From positions 1 to 34,991 of the forward strand of contig NW_014569449.1 in NCBI RefSeq assembly GCF_000743755.1: a stretch of 34,991 bases of DNA. Reading direction: 5' to 3'. Position 1 is the stretch's first letter. Each line of letters starts with the position of its first letter. Below are positions 17,366 to 31,269 of the stretch, in pieces. Source of the DNA: Blastocystis sp. subtype 4. Lineage: Eukaryota. The notes under the pieces were generated by a model. That model was given only the letters and a program-made list of their open reading frames with translations, made no database searches and had not been told where the DNA came from. The translations under genes and the position numbers were made by a program.

Positions 17366-20300
17366 ATGAGTTGGAATCAACATTTATCGACTCTTACCAA
17401 CTACTTTGAAAGTACTTTCACCGTATAAGTGTAATTCCTAGGAACGTGTCTAGCATCTTTTGAAACCCTCGATATCTCTCTGATTCACGATTTTATTCAG
17501 GATGGAACTACTATTGAATTGCTCCTAGCCTTTGCTAACGGAGAAGTCCATGCTATCGCTATTCAGGTTGTTATTGATGCTCAAAGTAGAACATGACTGT
17601 TATAAATGATTCCGCATAGATAATTGCGCATTGTTGCAGATTCTTCCTGCTTCTGACTTGGTTCGACCAATTATTCAGTGTGCTTTGTTTATCAATAAAT
17701 CTAAAGGCTGTCTATCGGTTGATCAACGTTTGGGGTCTCAAATATGTGTAGTTAACTTAACCCATGACGATCTTATCGATTACACCGAGTATATGTCATT
17801 TTTAGAATTGACTATCTAGAGAAAAGGCAGATTCACAAGAATATGACAATCAGTCGGTCGATCCTGTGATCATTATGCGTTCTTACTTGAAATCCACATT
17901 AAATCCATTACTTGGATCTCTTCATAACCGAAACGATAACTCAGAATCATCAATTTTGAAGCGAGTTGCTGATTTGGATATGGCTCTTGTCCACTATGAG
18001 CAGAACCTTGACATTCCTGAGGTTCACTTAGTATATACACCTCTTCTGACAGAGGCAGCAGACCGATGTCGAGCTGCTGGACGTTTATTGACATCCACAG
18101 AACTAGGATGGGGAGAGAAACCCTCTTCCGATCTCTTAAATGGCTTTCTATCGATCAAAGGGCAATGGGCCCATGAAATACACAAACTTATCAGTCACAC
18201 ACGAGAGTTGAATCAAGGAACTACGATTCAAGAGATCAACTACTGGTCTGTACTACGTTCTTCTCTTGAAACTATCAGCCATGAGCTGGAGTCGTATGAA
18301 GTTCAGCTTCTCTTCTCTATCTTGAAAGACAATAACCTTGTGGTGTCTGCAGGAACATTTGAAGCCACAACTGGTCTACGTAGTCGATTGGAAGAGGCTG
18401 TGAGTAATGAGGAGTGGTTGAGTGGTCTTCCAATGAACAGTCTTTTGGCATGTAATGATTTCTCTCAAATGGAGATTGTGATTGAGAAGATTTTCACTCA
18501 GTTGAAGCGAGTAAAGAATGTGAAGGGATATCCTGTTTCTCGTACTGTAGATCTCGTGAATAGCATCAACAAGGATGTCCTTAAGCAGTGTATTACCATA
18601 CTCAACGCATCCCACGCAATGCAGGAGGATTATGACGTTTTCTCCACATTAATTGGAGGGTGTTTGAGTGTGTTGAAACAGTGGGATAACCAGACAATTC
18701 CATTCTGGAGTTTTCTTCGTTCTAATAGTAAGATGGGACCAAAAACAGGAAACAAGCCTGTCAACTCCATTTCGATCCGATTTATTGACTTGCTTATTCC
18801 TCTAAAAGAACGATTAGAAATGATTCAGGCCTTCCGAAGCAATCATGAACGCTTTCTGGTAATTCTTCAGCAGATGTGTAAGACTGTCGAAGACAAGGCT
18901 CTGGTTAATCTAGTGCAAAGTGCCTATGAGCCATTTCGTCGTGTAGTTATTAGTGATTTGAGTGAGTCTGCTGCATCTGAATGGGTCTATTTGACCAAAG
19001 AGTATAATCGTGTTGTGGACCAGGTTGATCAGTCCATTGTTGAGACTATTCGAACACAATTGAGTGGAGTATCTTCAACTGAACAAATGTTTACTATCTT
19101 CCGTCGATTCACCAAGCTGTTCTTTCGACCTCATATTCAAGGTTTGTTTCTTTCTTTCGAATGATAATTAGCTTCCATTCAGCAGTATCAGTCAGGTTTA
19201 TTGGATCAAGTCCGCAAGGATCTGGAACAATTGAATGATATGCTTCTTGGTGTCTCCTATCCTGATAGTGAAGCTGCTCGTCTTGCCCAATTGTATGATA
19301 TTCCCAAGGTTGCAGGTGCTGTTATCTGGTCTCGTCAAATCGAGCATCAAGTGGATAAGCATCTTGAACGAGTGGAGATCCTACTGGGACCTGATTGGGA
19401 AAAGAACCAAGAAGGACGACGTTTGCGTCAATTGAGTGATTTACTGAAGAGTCGATTGGATGCCTCCTCTCAAGTAGACCGTTGGATTGAAAGTATCAAG
19501 AACACAATTGCTCGAGAGCCCTTCTCGTTACCAATCTTCACAATCACGAATAATCCAGCTACAGGCTATACATTAAGTCTAAACTATGATGAGGAGTATA
19601 TGAGTCTCTTCAAGAATGTTCGTACATTGAATTGGTTGGGGTTCCGTCCTCCAGTGACAATTCGTGTTGCCAGTGATATTGTGAAGACATATTATTCAAG
19701 GGCTGTGAGTATTCGGAGTTCATTAAGATCTTATTTACGATTGGTTCAGCAAACAGATAAACAGGTCTTGGAGTTGGCTACTGAATCTCATCAAGCTGTA
19801 CGGAATTTGATTGGACAAGCAATTCGAGATCATATGACGTGGCAAAGTCAAAAACTGAAGGATTTCACCTCTTCGTTTACCAATGCTGTGTTTACAATGC
19901 AAGATCGTGTTCATGAGATAGCTAAGCAAGTTGATTTGTTGAATTCCTATAAGCTGGATCTTCAGCGTTGTCCTTATGATAATGTTACGTTTGTTCAGAT
20001 TATGACACAGTTGCAGGGAGTGCTGGATGAATTGACAAACTTGAAGTGCAGTAATATGGACTTTTTTATCAGTTCTGTGGATGAAGAGATTGAATCCATC
20101 TTAGCAGAACGTATGAATGGAGCATTGAAGACTTGGCTCATTGCTTTCAAGCGACGTCAACGAGAGGAGACTTGTGATGCTATCCGTGAAGAGGATTTGA
20201 TTGCAGAAGAGCGAGAATCTGTTTCTGAGATAAGTGTTTATGATGGTGTGATGAGTGTTACATGTGAACATCATATGAAAGTGATTAATCATTCACTTGT

Positions 20301-23300
20301 ATTGTCTCCACCTACTGCAGATACCAAGAAGAAATGGATCGATTCCCTTCTCTTTGTGATCAGTACTGTTACAACTCTTTCTCGTCCCAAGCATCTCAGT
20401 GACTTATTTGTATCGATCACTAACTCTACAGAGGATCGAACATATTCAACACTTACTGCTCAAGTTCAACGAGAGTTGTTGATGGAAGGATTCAGTGTTA
20501 TCGAGCAACTCACTGGAAGTCTCCGCAAGTGTGTGAATGCTTGGACTAGCAACCAAGCCATATGGCGTTTGAATACACATGATATTACGGAGAAGCTTGG
20601 GAACAATGTTCAGTTGTGGCAGACTCTCTTAGTATCGCTTATGAATTCTAAGGCTGATCTCGAGAATGAGAGTACGGATCGATTAATTGGTTGTGTGCGT
20701 GTGAGTCTTGAGGAGATGCAATCTTCGCTGCTCTCTCGTTATGATGCTCTTCATAAGGAACTCCTTGGTGCTTTTGCCTCTCTTGTTCAAGAACAATCCA
20801 CTGCTTTCATTCAACAACTTCATGAAGCACGAGATCTTCTTGAGAAATTCTCTGTGAACACTTCAACTCATGAGGCGATTAACTTGATACTGGTCTCTCG
20901 TGATGTCGCTCATAGTCTGCCTCTCTGGAAACAACAGCGTGATTCTCTGATTGCATCCCAAGATCTATTAACGAAACAGGAATACGTCTATCCTGCTGGA
21001 TGGGTGTTTGTGGATCAGATTGAGAATGATTGGGAGAGTGTGAAGCAGATCCTCTCGCGTCGTCAAGATAGTATCAAGGCCTCTCAAGAGCAGTTGAAGA
21101 AGAACATTCTGGCCGAAGATGCGAAGATCTCCCATTCAATTGCAGATCTCACGCATCTGTGGGAGCAGAAAAAGCCTCTTGACGGCAGCCTGTCCGTAAA
21201 GGATGCATTGAGTCTGCTTGATGAATTCCAGAGCAAGATGGAGTCACTGGTAGGCAAGTGGGAGAAGGTGAACAAGGGACGTGATGCTCTGGGATTGGAT
21301 GTCCGTCTCCAGAATCCACTCGAGTTGCTGCAGACGGAGCTTTTGGGACTGAAAGAGGCTTGGACAGCAGTAGACGAGTTCTGGAAGCGGATGGATGTCG
21401 TGGGTGAAACCTTGTGGTCTGCAGTTGATCCAAAGAAGATGAATCAGGAGTTGGGTGTCATTGAGAAGGATCTTGAAAGCGTTAACTCCCGTGTGAGGCA
21501 ATACGGATGTTTCACGCAACTCCAGGCAACACTGCGGTCCCACCGAAAGGATTTCCGTCTGTTACAGGAGCTCAAGGACTCAACTCTGAAGGAACGTCAT
21601 TGGGTTACTCTACTTTCGATTTTGGGAGTGACAACACCATTCGAGTTCCTTCGTATCAAGGATTTCTGGACTCCTGCGTTTAAGACACAAGAGGTGAAGA
21701 TTCGTGAAGTATTGAATGTGTCGCAAGGAGAATTGGCTCTTGAAGAGTTCCTAAAACAGCTCCGCGAGTTCTGGGGCAGTTATCAGCTGGAACTTGTCAC
21801 ATATCAACAGCGCTGTAAGCTTATTCGTGGCTGGGAAACTCTCTTTGGGAAGCTGGATGAACACATCTCTGCTCTCACTTCGATGAAGCAATCGCCTTAT
21901 TTCAAGGTTTTCGCTGAGGAGGCTTTGTCATGGGAAACAAAGATCACTCACATGCGTGTACTGTTTGATACGTGGATTGATGTCCAACGACGATGGGTGT
22001 ATTTGGAAGGTATTTTCTTAGGAGGTGCTGACATCATCCAACAGTTACCACAAGATTACAATCGGTTCAAGACAATTGATACAGATTTCATTGGTCTGAT
22101 GAGAAGAGTTGCAGCTCAGCCTCGAGTCCTTGACGTGTATAATCTGCCAAACATTCAGCGTACCCTCGAAAGACTCTCCCAGCAGCTAAACAAGATCCAG
22201 AAGGCTCTCGGTGAATTCCTGGAGAAGCAACGTCAACTCTTCTCTCGTTTCTATTTCGTTGGAGATGAAGACTTGCTTGAGATTCTTGGAAACAGCAAAG
22301 ATCCTGTGAAGGTCCAGCGTCATCTCAATAAGATGTTTGCTGGAATCAATGCCTTGGAATCAGAACCAATCAGTGATCATGGATGTCGATTGACTGCAAT
22401 GGTAAGCAAAGAAGGTGAAGTGGTTCCATTGGTGAAACCTGTGGAAATCACGGAGGATTCTTCTGTGGTATCATGGCTCTCGTGTGTGGAAACCGTTATG
22501 CAGGAGACTCTGGCATTACTGCTCCAACAGGCTGTTACAGCCAATCTCTCTCTTAATATCCAGTCTCCTGAATTTGTGGAATGGATAAAGTCATATCCTT
22601 CTCAGATTATCATTCTTTCAACCCAAGTGGTTTGGTGTAAGCGTGTGGAGACGAGTCTTCAGTCATCTCATTGTTCCCAATTGCTTGCCGATGTGATCAA
22701 GAGCCTGGATGAGGTGCTTCAGATTCTAGCAGGGTTGGTAGCTCATCCACTTCCAACTGATGTGCGTAAGAAGTATGAACAGTTGATCACTGAATATGTG
22801 TATGAGAAAGGAACCACTGAGACTCTTCTCCAGAATGATGTTCACAATCCATCAGACTTTAAGTGGCAAGGAAGACTGCGTGCATATTACAATGATGAAG
22901 AACCAGAATTGCTCAAGAAGCTTACAATTTGTATTGCTGATGCTTCGTTTTATTATGGCTACGAGTATTTGGGTGTTTGTGAGCGACTCGTACAGACTCC
23001 TCTCACAGATCGATGTTTCTTAACTCTTACACAAGCCTTAACTATGGGTCTGGGAGGAAATCCATTTGGTCCTGCGGGAACAGGCAAGACAGAGTCGGTG
23101 AAGATGTTGGCGTCGCTTCTCGGTCGTTTCTGCCTTGTCTTCAATTGTGATGAAGCATTTGATTTCCAAGCAATGGGTCGTATCTTCCGTGGTTTGTGCC
23201 AAGTTGGTGCCTGGGGATGTTTTGATGAGTTCAATCGACTGGAAGAGCGCATTCTGTCAGCTGTTTCTCAACAAATTTGGACCATTCAGACCGGTCTACG

Positions 23301-26300
23301 TGACCAGAAGAAAGAAATCCGTCTGCTAGATCAGCCTGTAGCTCTTCATCCCAATGTTGGTATCTTCGTGACCATGAATCTTGGTTATGCGGGTCGTAGC
23401 AATCTTCCTGATAACTTGAAGCAACTATTCCGAAGTATTGCTATGATCCAACCGGATTGGGAGACAATTGCTCAAGTGATGCTGTTCTCTCAAGGATTCT
23501 GCTCTTCAGAAGAACTTGCTGGCAAAATTGTTCTTCTATTCTCGCTCTGTCACGATCAGTTGTCGGCGCAGGCGCACTATGACTTTGGATTGCGTGCCTT
23601 GAAGAGTGTTGTAGTGAGTGCTGGAAACTTAAAACGCAGTGAATATGAAAAGAACCAACAGAATGAGTTGTTATCTCTTTCTACTTCCCAAGAGGCGGAA
23701 TTCGAACGTGATGTGTTGTTACGAAGTGTATGTGATACTGTGGTTCCTAAGTTGGTTGCCGAGGATCTTCCTCTACTCCAGTCTCTACTTAGTAGTGTCT
23801 TCACAGGTGCTTCTGTGAAGCAGATTGAAGCATTACAGCTTCGAGCAATGCTAAAGGAAGTATGCCAAGCTCATAATCTACGTCCTACAGACAGCTTCAT
23901 TGAAAAAGCTCTTCAGTTGTATCAAGTTCAAGAGATTCGTCATGGTGTGATGTTAGTAGGTCCTTCAGGCAGTGGCAAGTCATCAATTCTTCGTTGTCTG
24001 TTGGAAGCTATGGAGCGATTGGATGGCCAGCAAGGAAGTATTTACACAATTGATCCGAAAGCTATTACGAAGGAACAGCTCTTTGGTTCTCTTGACAATA
24101 CGACTACTGAGTGGACAGATGGAATTTTCACTCGCATTATTCGTCAGATTTATAATGATGTCCGTGGTGAGAGTTCTCGAAGACATTGGATTGTGTTTGA
24201 TGGGGATGTAGATCCAGAATGGGCAGAGAATCTGAACTCAGTATTGGATGACAACAAATTGTTGACACTACCAACAGGTGACCGTCTTTTGTTGCCTACA
24301 AATGTTCGTATTCTATTTGAGGTTGAGAACCTTCGATATGCCACACCTGCTTCTGTCAGTCGTTGTGGTACTGTATGGTTCAGTCAAGATACGGTTACTC
24401 CTGCAGATATGTTTGCTCATACTCTCATGCAGTTGCGCACAGAGCCAATCTCTCATGAAATCAATACAACACATCTTCTGGAGTTGCAGAATGCTATTGC
24501 TGATCTTGTGGCTCCATTTGCTGAAGAGCATGGTCTGTTGGAACAATGTGTGGTTTGGTCTCTTTCACATGATCATATCATGGAGACAACAGTTCCTCAG
24601 TTGATTGGAAGCTTCTCAAGTCTGTTACAGCAAATGGTTCTGGATGTATTGGATTACAACATGGAACATCTCGAGGCTCCGATGACTGGAGATCACTTCA
24701 GTTCCTTCGTGATTAACTCGATGTTAGAAGCTGCTTTGTGGGGTTTCGGTGGGTCGTTATTGGGAAAAGATATGCTGGAATTGTGTGATATGATTCGTGC
24801 TTCCTCGATGATTGGCCTGCCCGCTCAGAATGCTCCTCTTACAAACTTTTATGTGGATATTCGAGATGGTCAGTGGTATGAATGGCAGAAATGTGTACCC
24901 AAGGTCGAGATAGATATGAAGACTGTTTTGGATACTTCAGTAGTGATTCCTACGGTGGATACTATTCGCAATCAGCATATCATGAGAGCCTATCTCAATA
25001 CACGTCGACCTGTCATTCTATGTGGTCCACCTGGTTCTGGAAAGACAATGACGCTTTCAGACTCTCTGAAGACGATGCCTGGCTTCGATGTGGTGTCTGT
25101 GAACTTCAGTAGTAGTACGCAGCCATCATTAGTTCTCAAGATTTTCGATCAATATGGATGTTATCAAAAGACTCCAAATGGTCTGGTTCTCCATCCTGCC
25201 AATCCTGATAAGTGGTTGATTGTGTTCTGTGATGAGGTGAATCTTCCTGAGGAAGATCAGTATGGAACCCAGCATGTGATAAGTTTCTTACGTCAGATTG
25301 TTGAACAACGAGGTTTCTGGAGTCCACGGGAACGTGTGTGGGTTGAAGTTCAGAATATCCAATTTGTGGCTGCTTGTAATCCTCCTACTGACCCAGGGCG
25401 TATTCCTCTCTCCACTCGTTTCCTCTCTCATGCTCCTGTTCTCTTTGTCGATTATCCAGAGAAGCAATCTCTCTTACAAATCTATTCTACCTTCAATCGT
25501 GCCTTACTCCAGAGTAAGCCTTCTGTTGCGGGTATGAGTGGTCCTCTCACACAAGCTATGGTTGGTTTCTATGAAGAGAATAAACAGCACTTCCTCCTTG
25601 AACAACAGCCTCAGTATGTCTATTCACCTCGTGAGCTGTCACGATGGATGCGAGCACTGCATTCAGCCTTTACTGACTTCAAGGATGTTCATCCTAACGA
25701 TTTCATCCGTTTGGTGGCTCATGAAGGATTGCGCTTGTTCTGCGATCGATTAGTAACAAATGAGGAGAAGACCTGGTGCCAACAGACTCTGGATCGTGTG
25801 TTCACATCCACGTTCTCCATATCAGATCTCACAGTCTTGCAACGACCAATTCTCTTCTCACGTTGGGTGGATGGTTGTTATCAGTCTGTGGATCGTGATT
25901 CCCTGCGTAAGTATTTGGAGTCCCGTCTTCGTGTATTCAATGAAGAAGAACTGAATGTCCCTCTTGTCCTCTTTGATGATGTATTGGAGCATGTTCTGCG
26001 GATTGATCGAGTTCTTCGCCAATATCTTGGTCATCTCTTATTGGTGGGAGAGAGTGGAGCTGGCAAGACAGTATTGACTCGGTTTGTAGCTTGGATGAAT
26101 GAGATGCAAGTATTCCAGATCAAAGTGAGTCGTCGCTACTCGTTGGATAACTTCGATGAGGATCTCCGTCAGGTGATGCGCATGGCTGGTGTGAATGGTC
26201 AGCCTGTATGTTTTATTTTTGATGAATCAAATATCTTATCAACTGGATTCTTGGAGCGAATGAATGCATTATTAGCGAATGGAGAGGTTCCTGGTTTGTA

Positions 26301-29300
26301 TGAGGGTGATGAGATGTTGTCTCTCATCACTGCTTGTCGAGAGGTTGCCTTACAAGAAGGAGTAGTATTGGATTCAAGTGAAGAATTGTTTAAATGGTTT
26401 ACGATTCGTGTCCAGCGTAATCTTCACGTTGTCTTCACAATGAATCCTGCCAATGGCGAATTCCGAGATCGTGCAGCTACATCTCCTGCTTTGTTCAATC
26501 GATGTGTAGTGGATTGGTTCGGTAGTTGGGGTCGAGATGCTCTGCTTCAAGTCTCCCAATTTTTCACACGGTCTCTGGATTTGGATGTGCCTTGTTCATT
26601 GTCTCCTCAGGCCCAGTCTCTGATTGCACAGGCATGGGGTTTGAAGGAATTACCAGCAAGTCAACATGTTGGTATGCGTGATAGTGTTACAGCAGCCATT
26701 CTCTTCATTCATCAGGGAGTAACGCAGTTTGATGCAGAGAAGACAGGAGAGAATCGATGTTACTGTTCACCTCGTGATTATATCGACTTTATCAATCAGT
26801 ATGTGACATTATTCCAACAGAAACGAGAAGAATTGGAGGATCAGCGACATCATTTGCATGTTGGCTTGGAGAAGTTGCATGAGACCGAAGAACAAGTCCG
26901 TATTCTACGAGAACAGATTGCCCAGAAGAAGGTGGAGTTAGATAGGGCTAATGTGGCAGCACAGGAGAAGTTGAAACAGATTGTGGAGAAGAAAGAGCAG
27001 GCAACGAAGAGTCAAGAGATTTCTCTTCAGTTGGCCGAGGAATTGAAGACGAAATACAGTGAGATAGCTGAGAAGCGAGGTCGTGTGAATAAGGCAATTG
27101 GTGAAGTGGAACCATTACTGCGTGAAGCTAAGAATAGTGTCAAGCAAATCAACAAGGCCCAATTGAATGAAATGCGTGCAATGGTGAAGCCTCCCATTAA
27201 TGTTCAGCTAACAATTCAGGCTGTTTGTTGCTTGCTGGGCGAAGAGTGTAGCACATGGAAAGACAGCATTAAGGCGATTCGCAAAGAAGATTTCATCAGT
27301 AGTATTGTGAACTTCAATACCTCGCAAATTACACATAAGATTGCTGAGGAAGTGAGTACTATTATGAGTACAAGGGATTTTACTTATGAAGCAGCGTATC
27401 GAAGTTCTCGAGCATGTGGTCCACTGTATATGTGGGTGAAGTCTCAACTGGCTTATGCTTCGATTATTCAACGTGTAAAGCCTTTGAATGATGAAATGGC
27501 CTTCTTAACGAAGAAGAGCGAAGAGTTAAGAGCTCAGCATGAAGAGTGTGTGGCAGCTGTCAATCGGTTGAATGAAGAAATTGAGGGATACTCGTCTGAA
27601 TATGGCTTATTGACTCAGAAGTGTCAGCGTATATCTGAAGATATTCAGGTTGTTACTCAGAAGAGTGTTCGAAGTTGGAATCTTCTTGAATCCCTGGAAT
27701 CAGAGCAAAGTCGATGGAAAGAATCATTAGAAGAGTTCAGTAAGCAGTTAGCATCTATGATTGGTGACTGTATTTTCGGAGCTTCATTTGTAACATATGG
27801 AGGTTTCTTTGATCAACATCATCGTATTCTTCTTGTTTCTGAATGGAAGCATTTGTTAGCAGAGCTTGAGATTCCATTCAATAATCATTTTGATGTTATA
27901 TCGTATTTGTCAACCTCAAAAGATCGGTTAATTTGGCAAAGTAATGGATTGCCTTCTGACGAACTATGTACTCAAAATGCAATCATACTGAATCGATTTA
28001 ATAGGTATCCATTGCTTGTCGATCCAAGTGGTCAAGGACTTCATTATCTGACAACAATGTATTCATCAAATCGTGTAATTAAAACGTCATTCCTTGACAA
28101 ATCGTTCATGAAGCAACTTGAGAGTGCTTTGCGTTTTGGCAGTATTCTCTTAGTACAAGATGTGGAGAATGCAGATCCAGTACTGAATCCACTCCTAAAT
28201 AAGGAATTCCATAAAGAAGGAGGAAGAACGTTGATTCGTATTGGAGATCAGGAAGTAGACTTTTCGCCTGCTTTCAAATTGTTCTTGAGTACTCGTGATT
28301 CAGTCCATCAATTCTCACCAGATCTCTGTTCTCGTGTGACATTTGTGAACTTCACAATGACTCCCTCATCATTACAGGATCAGTGTCTGAGTATCATTCT
28401 TGAAAAGGAAGCACCTGCTCTGTATCAGAAGCGAAATGATTTGCTTCAACTTCAAGGTGAGTTCCAGGCGAGACTTCGGGATCTGGAGGAACAACTGCTA
28501 GTGTCATTGAACAGTCTTCAAGGGAATATTTTGGATGATGATTCTGTGATGAACAATCTAGAACAATTAAAGAGAGAAGCCCGAACTATTAGTGAAGAAA
28601 TTAAACAGAGTGATGAAGTGGTTTTGTCAATCGAAGAATCATCTCGAATCTATCAACCTCTTAGTGAAGCATGTGCTCAACTGTATTTTGTTATGGATTC
28701 ATTACATCGTGTATCCTTCTTATATCGTTACAATTTACAATTCTTTTTGGATATCTTATATGACGTACTGAAAATTGTTCTTGATGCCCTTCTTACTCCT
28801 CGTCAACGAATGACAGCTCTTCTTATGGCTCTGTACCGAATGGTATATTCTCGAGTGAGTCGTGGTTTGACTCATCTTGATTCTCGAATTCTTGCTCTGC
28901 GAATGTGCCAATTGTATGTGCGTGGAACTCCAAATGAGCCTGATCCAGCTGAATTCCAGCTCTTACTCCGAGGTACACTTGTGAGAATTGACCCTTCTGC
29001 TGAGAAGTTTGTAACAGCTGTGTTTGGAGATGCATTAAGTGAGGAGCAAGAAGCTCAAGTAGAAATGCATTTGTCTCTAGAACACACAACAGCTCTCAAG
29101 AAGCATCTTCTTCAGAATGCGGCATTCTGGTGTAACGACTTCTTGACAGCTCCTCTTGAACAATTACTCTCTGTTGTCAACGATATTGGTGAGGTTGGCT
29201 GGTCTCAGCGACGTTCCTTGTGGCGATGGTTACTCTTAGTTAAGGAGTTGCGTCCTGAATTGCTTGTCTCAGCATCCGAAATGGTTGTCACGACACTCTG

Positions 29301-31234
29301 TGATCCAGACTTCTTTGCAGGTGAAGTCTATAATATGAAGGAACTTCTATTGGATGAAGTTCGATGTGATCAACCTGTTCTGTTGTGTAGCATGCCAGGT
29401 TATGATGCTAGCAAACGAGTTGAGCAGTTATACGTGGAATTACAGTCTCCATTAGAAACAGTTGCTATGGGTAACACTGAATCCTTTGTGGAAGCAGAAC
29501 GCCTTATTATGGCTGCAGCTGCTCGAGGATCTGCTGTGCTTCTTCGCAATGTTCATCTTTGTCCTGAATGGCTTTCTACTCTGGAGAAGATGCTCTTTTC
29601 GCTACGTCCTCATGCTTCATTCAGACTACTAATGACCAGTGAGATTAATCCCAAACTTCCACCTTCCCTCTTACGATTGTGTTACACCCTTGTCTTTGAG
29701 ACACCTACGGGTATTCGTGCTTCGTTAAAGCACTCTCTGAATAGTGTACCTGAAGAGGTAATGAATGCAAAACCAGTAGAACGTTGTCGTGTCTACTTCC
29801 TTCTCCTCTGGCTTCATGCTGTGGTGGAGGAACGTCTTCGATATGTGCCTGTTGGTTGGACGAAGGGATATGAGTTCAGTGAGACGGATCTGAAGTGTTC
29901 ATTGATGGTACTGGATCGTTGGATTGCTACAGCTAGTCGAGGACTCTCTCATATGGATCCAGCAGCTTTGAATTGGGAAGCGATTCAATCTTTACTTGGT
30001 CAGTCTCTGTACGGAGGTCGTATTGATAGTCCATTTGATGACAAGCTTCTTCAATCACTTGTTCGTCGTTTCTTCGTGCGTAATGTGTTCGATGGTCGAT
30101 TCCCGTTGGTTGAGAATGTGAATGCTGACGGAGTACGTGAAGTATTACTCTATGCTCCTGAAGGTACCACGAAGCAGGATTTTGAGACATGGGTAAACTC
30201 TCTTCCTGTCTATAATTCACCACTCTGGTTAGGATTACCTGCTACAGCTGAAGGTCGATTGTTATCAACTCAAGGGAGCTATATCTTACGTAGTCTCCTC
30301 CTGCTTCAAGACAGTGTGGATGTGGAGAAGGAGCTTCATGTCGATGCAGTTCCTTCTGAAGTTACAACCGCACCCTATTGGATGACAACTCTGGCTACTT
30401 CAGCAGAGAACTGGTTGCAGATGTTGCTTGTGGACATCCATCCGTTCTCCCTTACTGAGGAACAGTTGAAGAATCCTCTGAATCGATATCTGAATCGAGA
30501 AATCCAACTCCTTTGTCAACTTCAACGTCGTGTGGTTGATGATTTGAAAGGTGTTCTGGGTGTGTGTACAGGCAATATGAAGAGTACTCATCAGATTCGT
30601 CGATTGATGCGAGAACTGAGTGAAGATCAGATTCCAGAGGTCTGGTCAGGTTACTATGTCACTCCTCCTTCACAAAGTAGGGTTGGGAATATTGGATTGA
30701 TGTGTAGTTTGTTCTTTGTGGGTCCAGGATTTCATTACTCGTTGTCAACACTTTGCTTCACTATCAACTCTCTCATTACAACAGATTCGAGTTGAAGGAA
30801 TCTGGCTAGGAGGACTTATGCAGCCTGAAGCGTGTGTGACAGCTATGCGTCAATTAGTAGCACAGCAGAATACATGGCCATTAGATAAGGTGCGTTTAAC
30901 ACTTCGTCCGTTGACAACGGAACAGTATGAAGGAAGAGAAGCCTTGTTGGCAGAGAAGCAGAACTGTTTCCTGATTCATGGATTGATGTTGGAAGGTGCT
31001 GAATGGAGCAATAACGTACTGCAGCCATCAGAAGAGATTCGCTTCCCATTAGATGAAGTTGTATTTGAGTGGTCTTGTCTAGAGCATACAGATAGTGAGA
31101 TGAGCGTACCGATGTACTTGAATGATACGCGTTCAGATCTTTTATGTGTGGTAGAGATGCGATTTACTGAGACTCTTCCCAAAGAGATGTGGAGTGAAAG
31201 AGCGGTGGCTTTGATTGCTTGGAGACAAGCATAA
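17366..31234 (+). CDS. DYNC1H1: Cytoplasmic dynein-1 heavy chain
   Basis: Four P-loops GPAGTGKT, GPSGSGKS, GPPGSGKT and GESGAGKT, a stalk coiled coil, and tail motif VAGAVIWSRQI. Track ORFs 17866-19164, 19201-30795 and 30716-31234 are joined by introns 19142-19171 and 30677-30707. Several small 5' exons start from ATG 17366 (start less certain). Confidence 0.96.
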
Positions 31235-31242
31235 TGGATGAA

Positions 31243-31250
31243 TGTTTGTT
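31243..31250 (+). terminator. TGTTTGTT polyadenylation element of dynein heavy chain
   Basis: Perfect motif 8 nt after the TAA. Confidence 0.8.
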
Positions 31251-31269
31251 TGAACATATTATTCTTGGA

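Noticed and set aside
27222..27229. Perfect TGTTTGTT inside the dynein CDS as a real terminator
   Set aside because: It lies in the stalk/microtubule-binding coding region and would yield a non-stop truncation. It is more likely a chance occurrence and shows that the motif alone is not sufficient.
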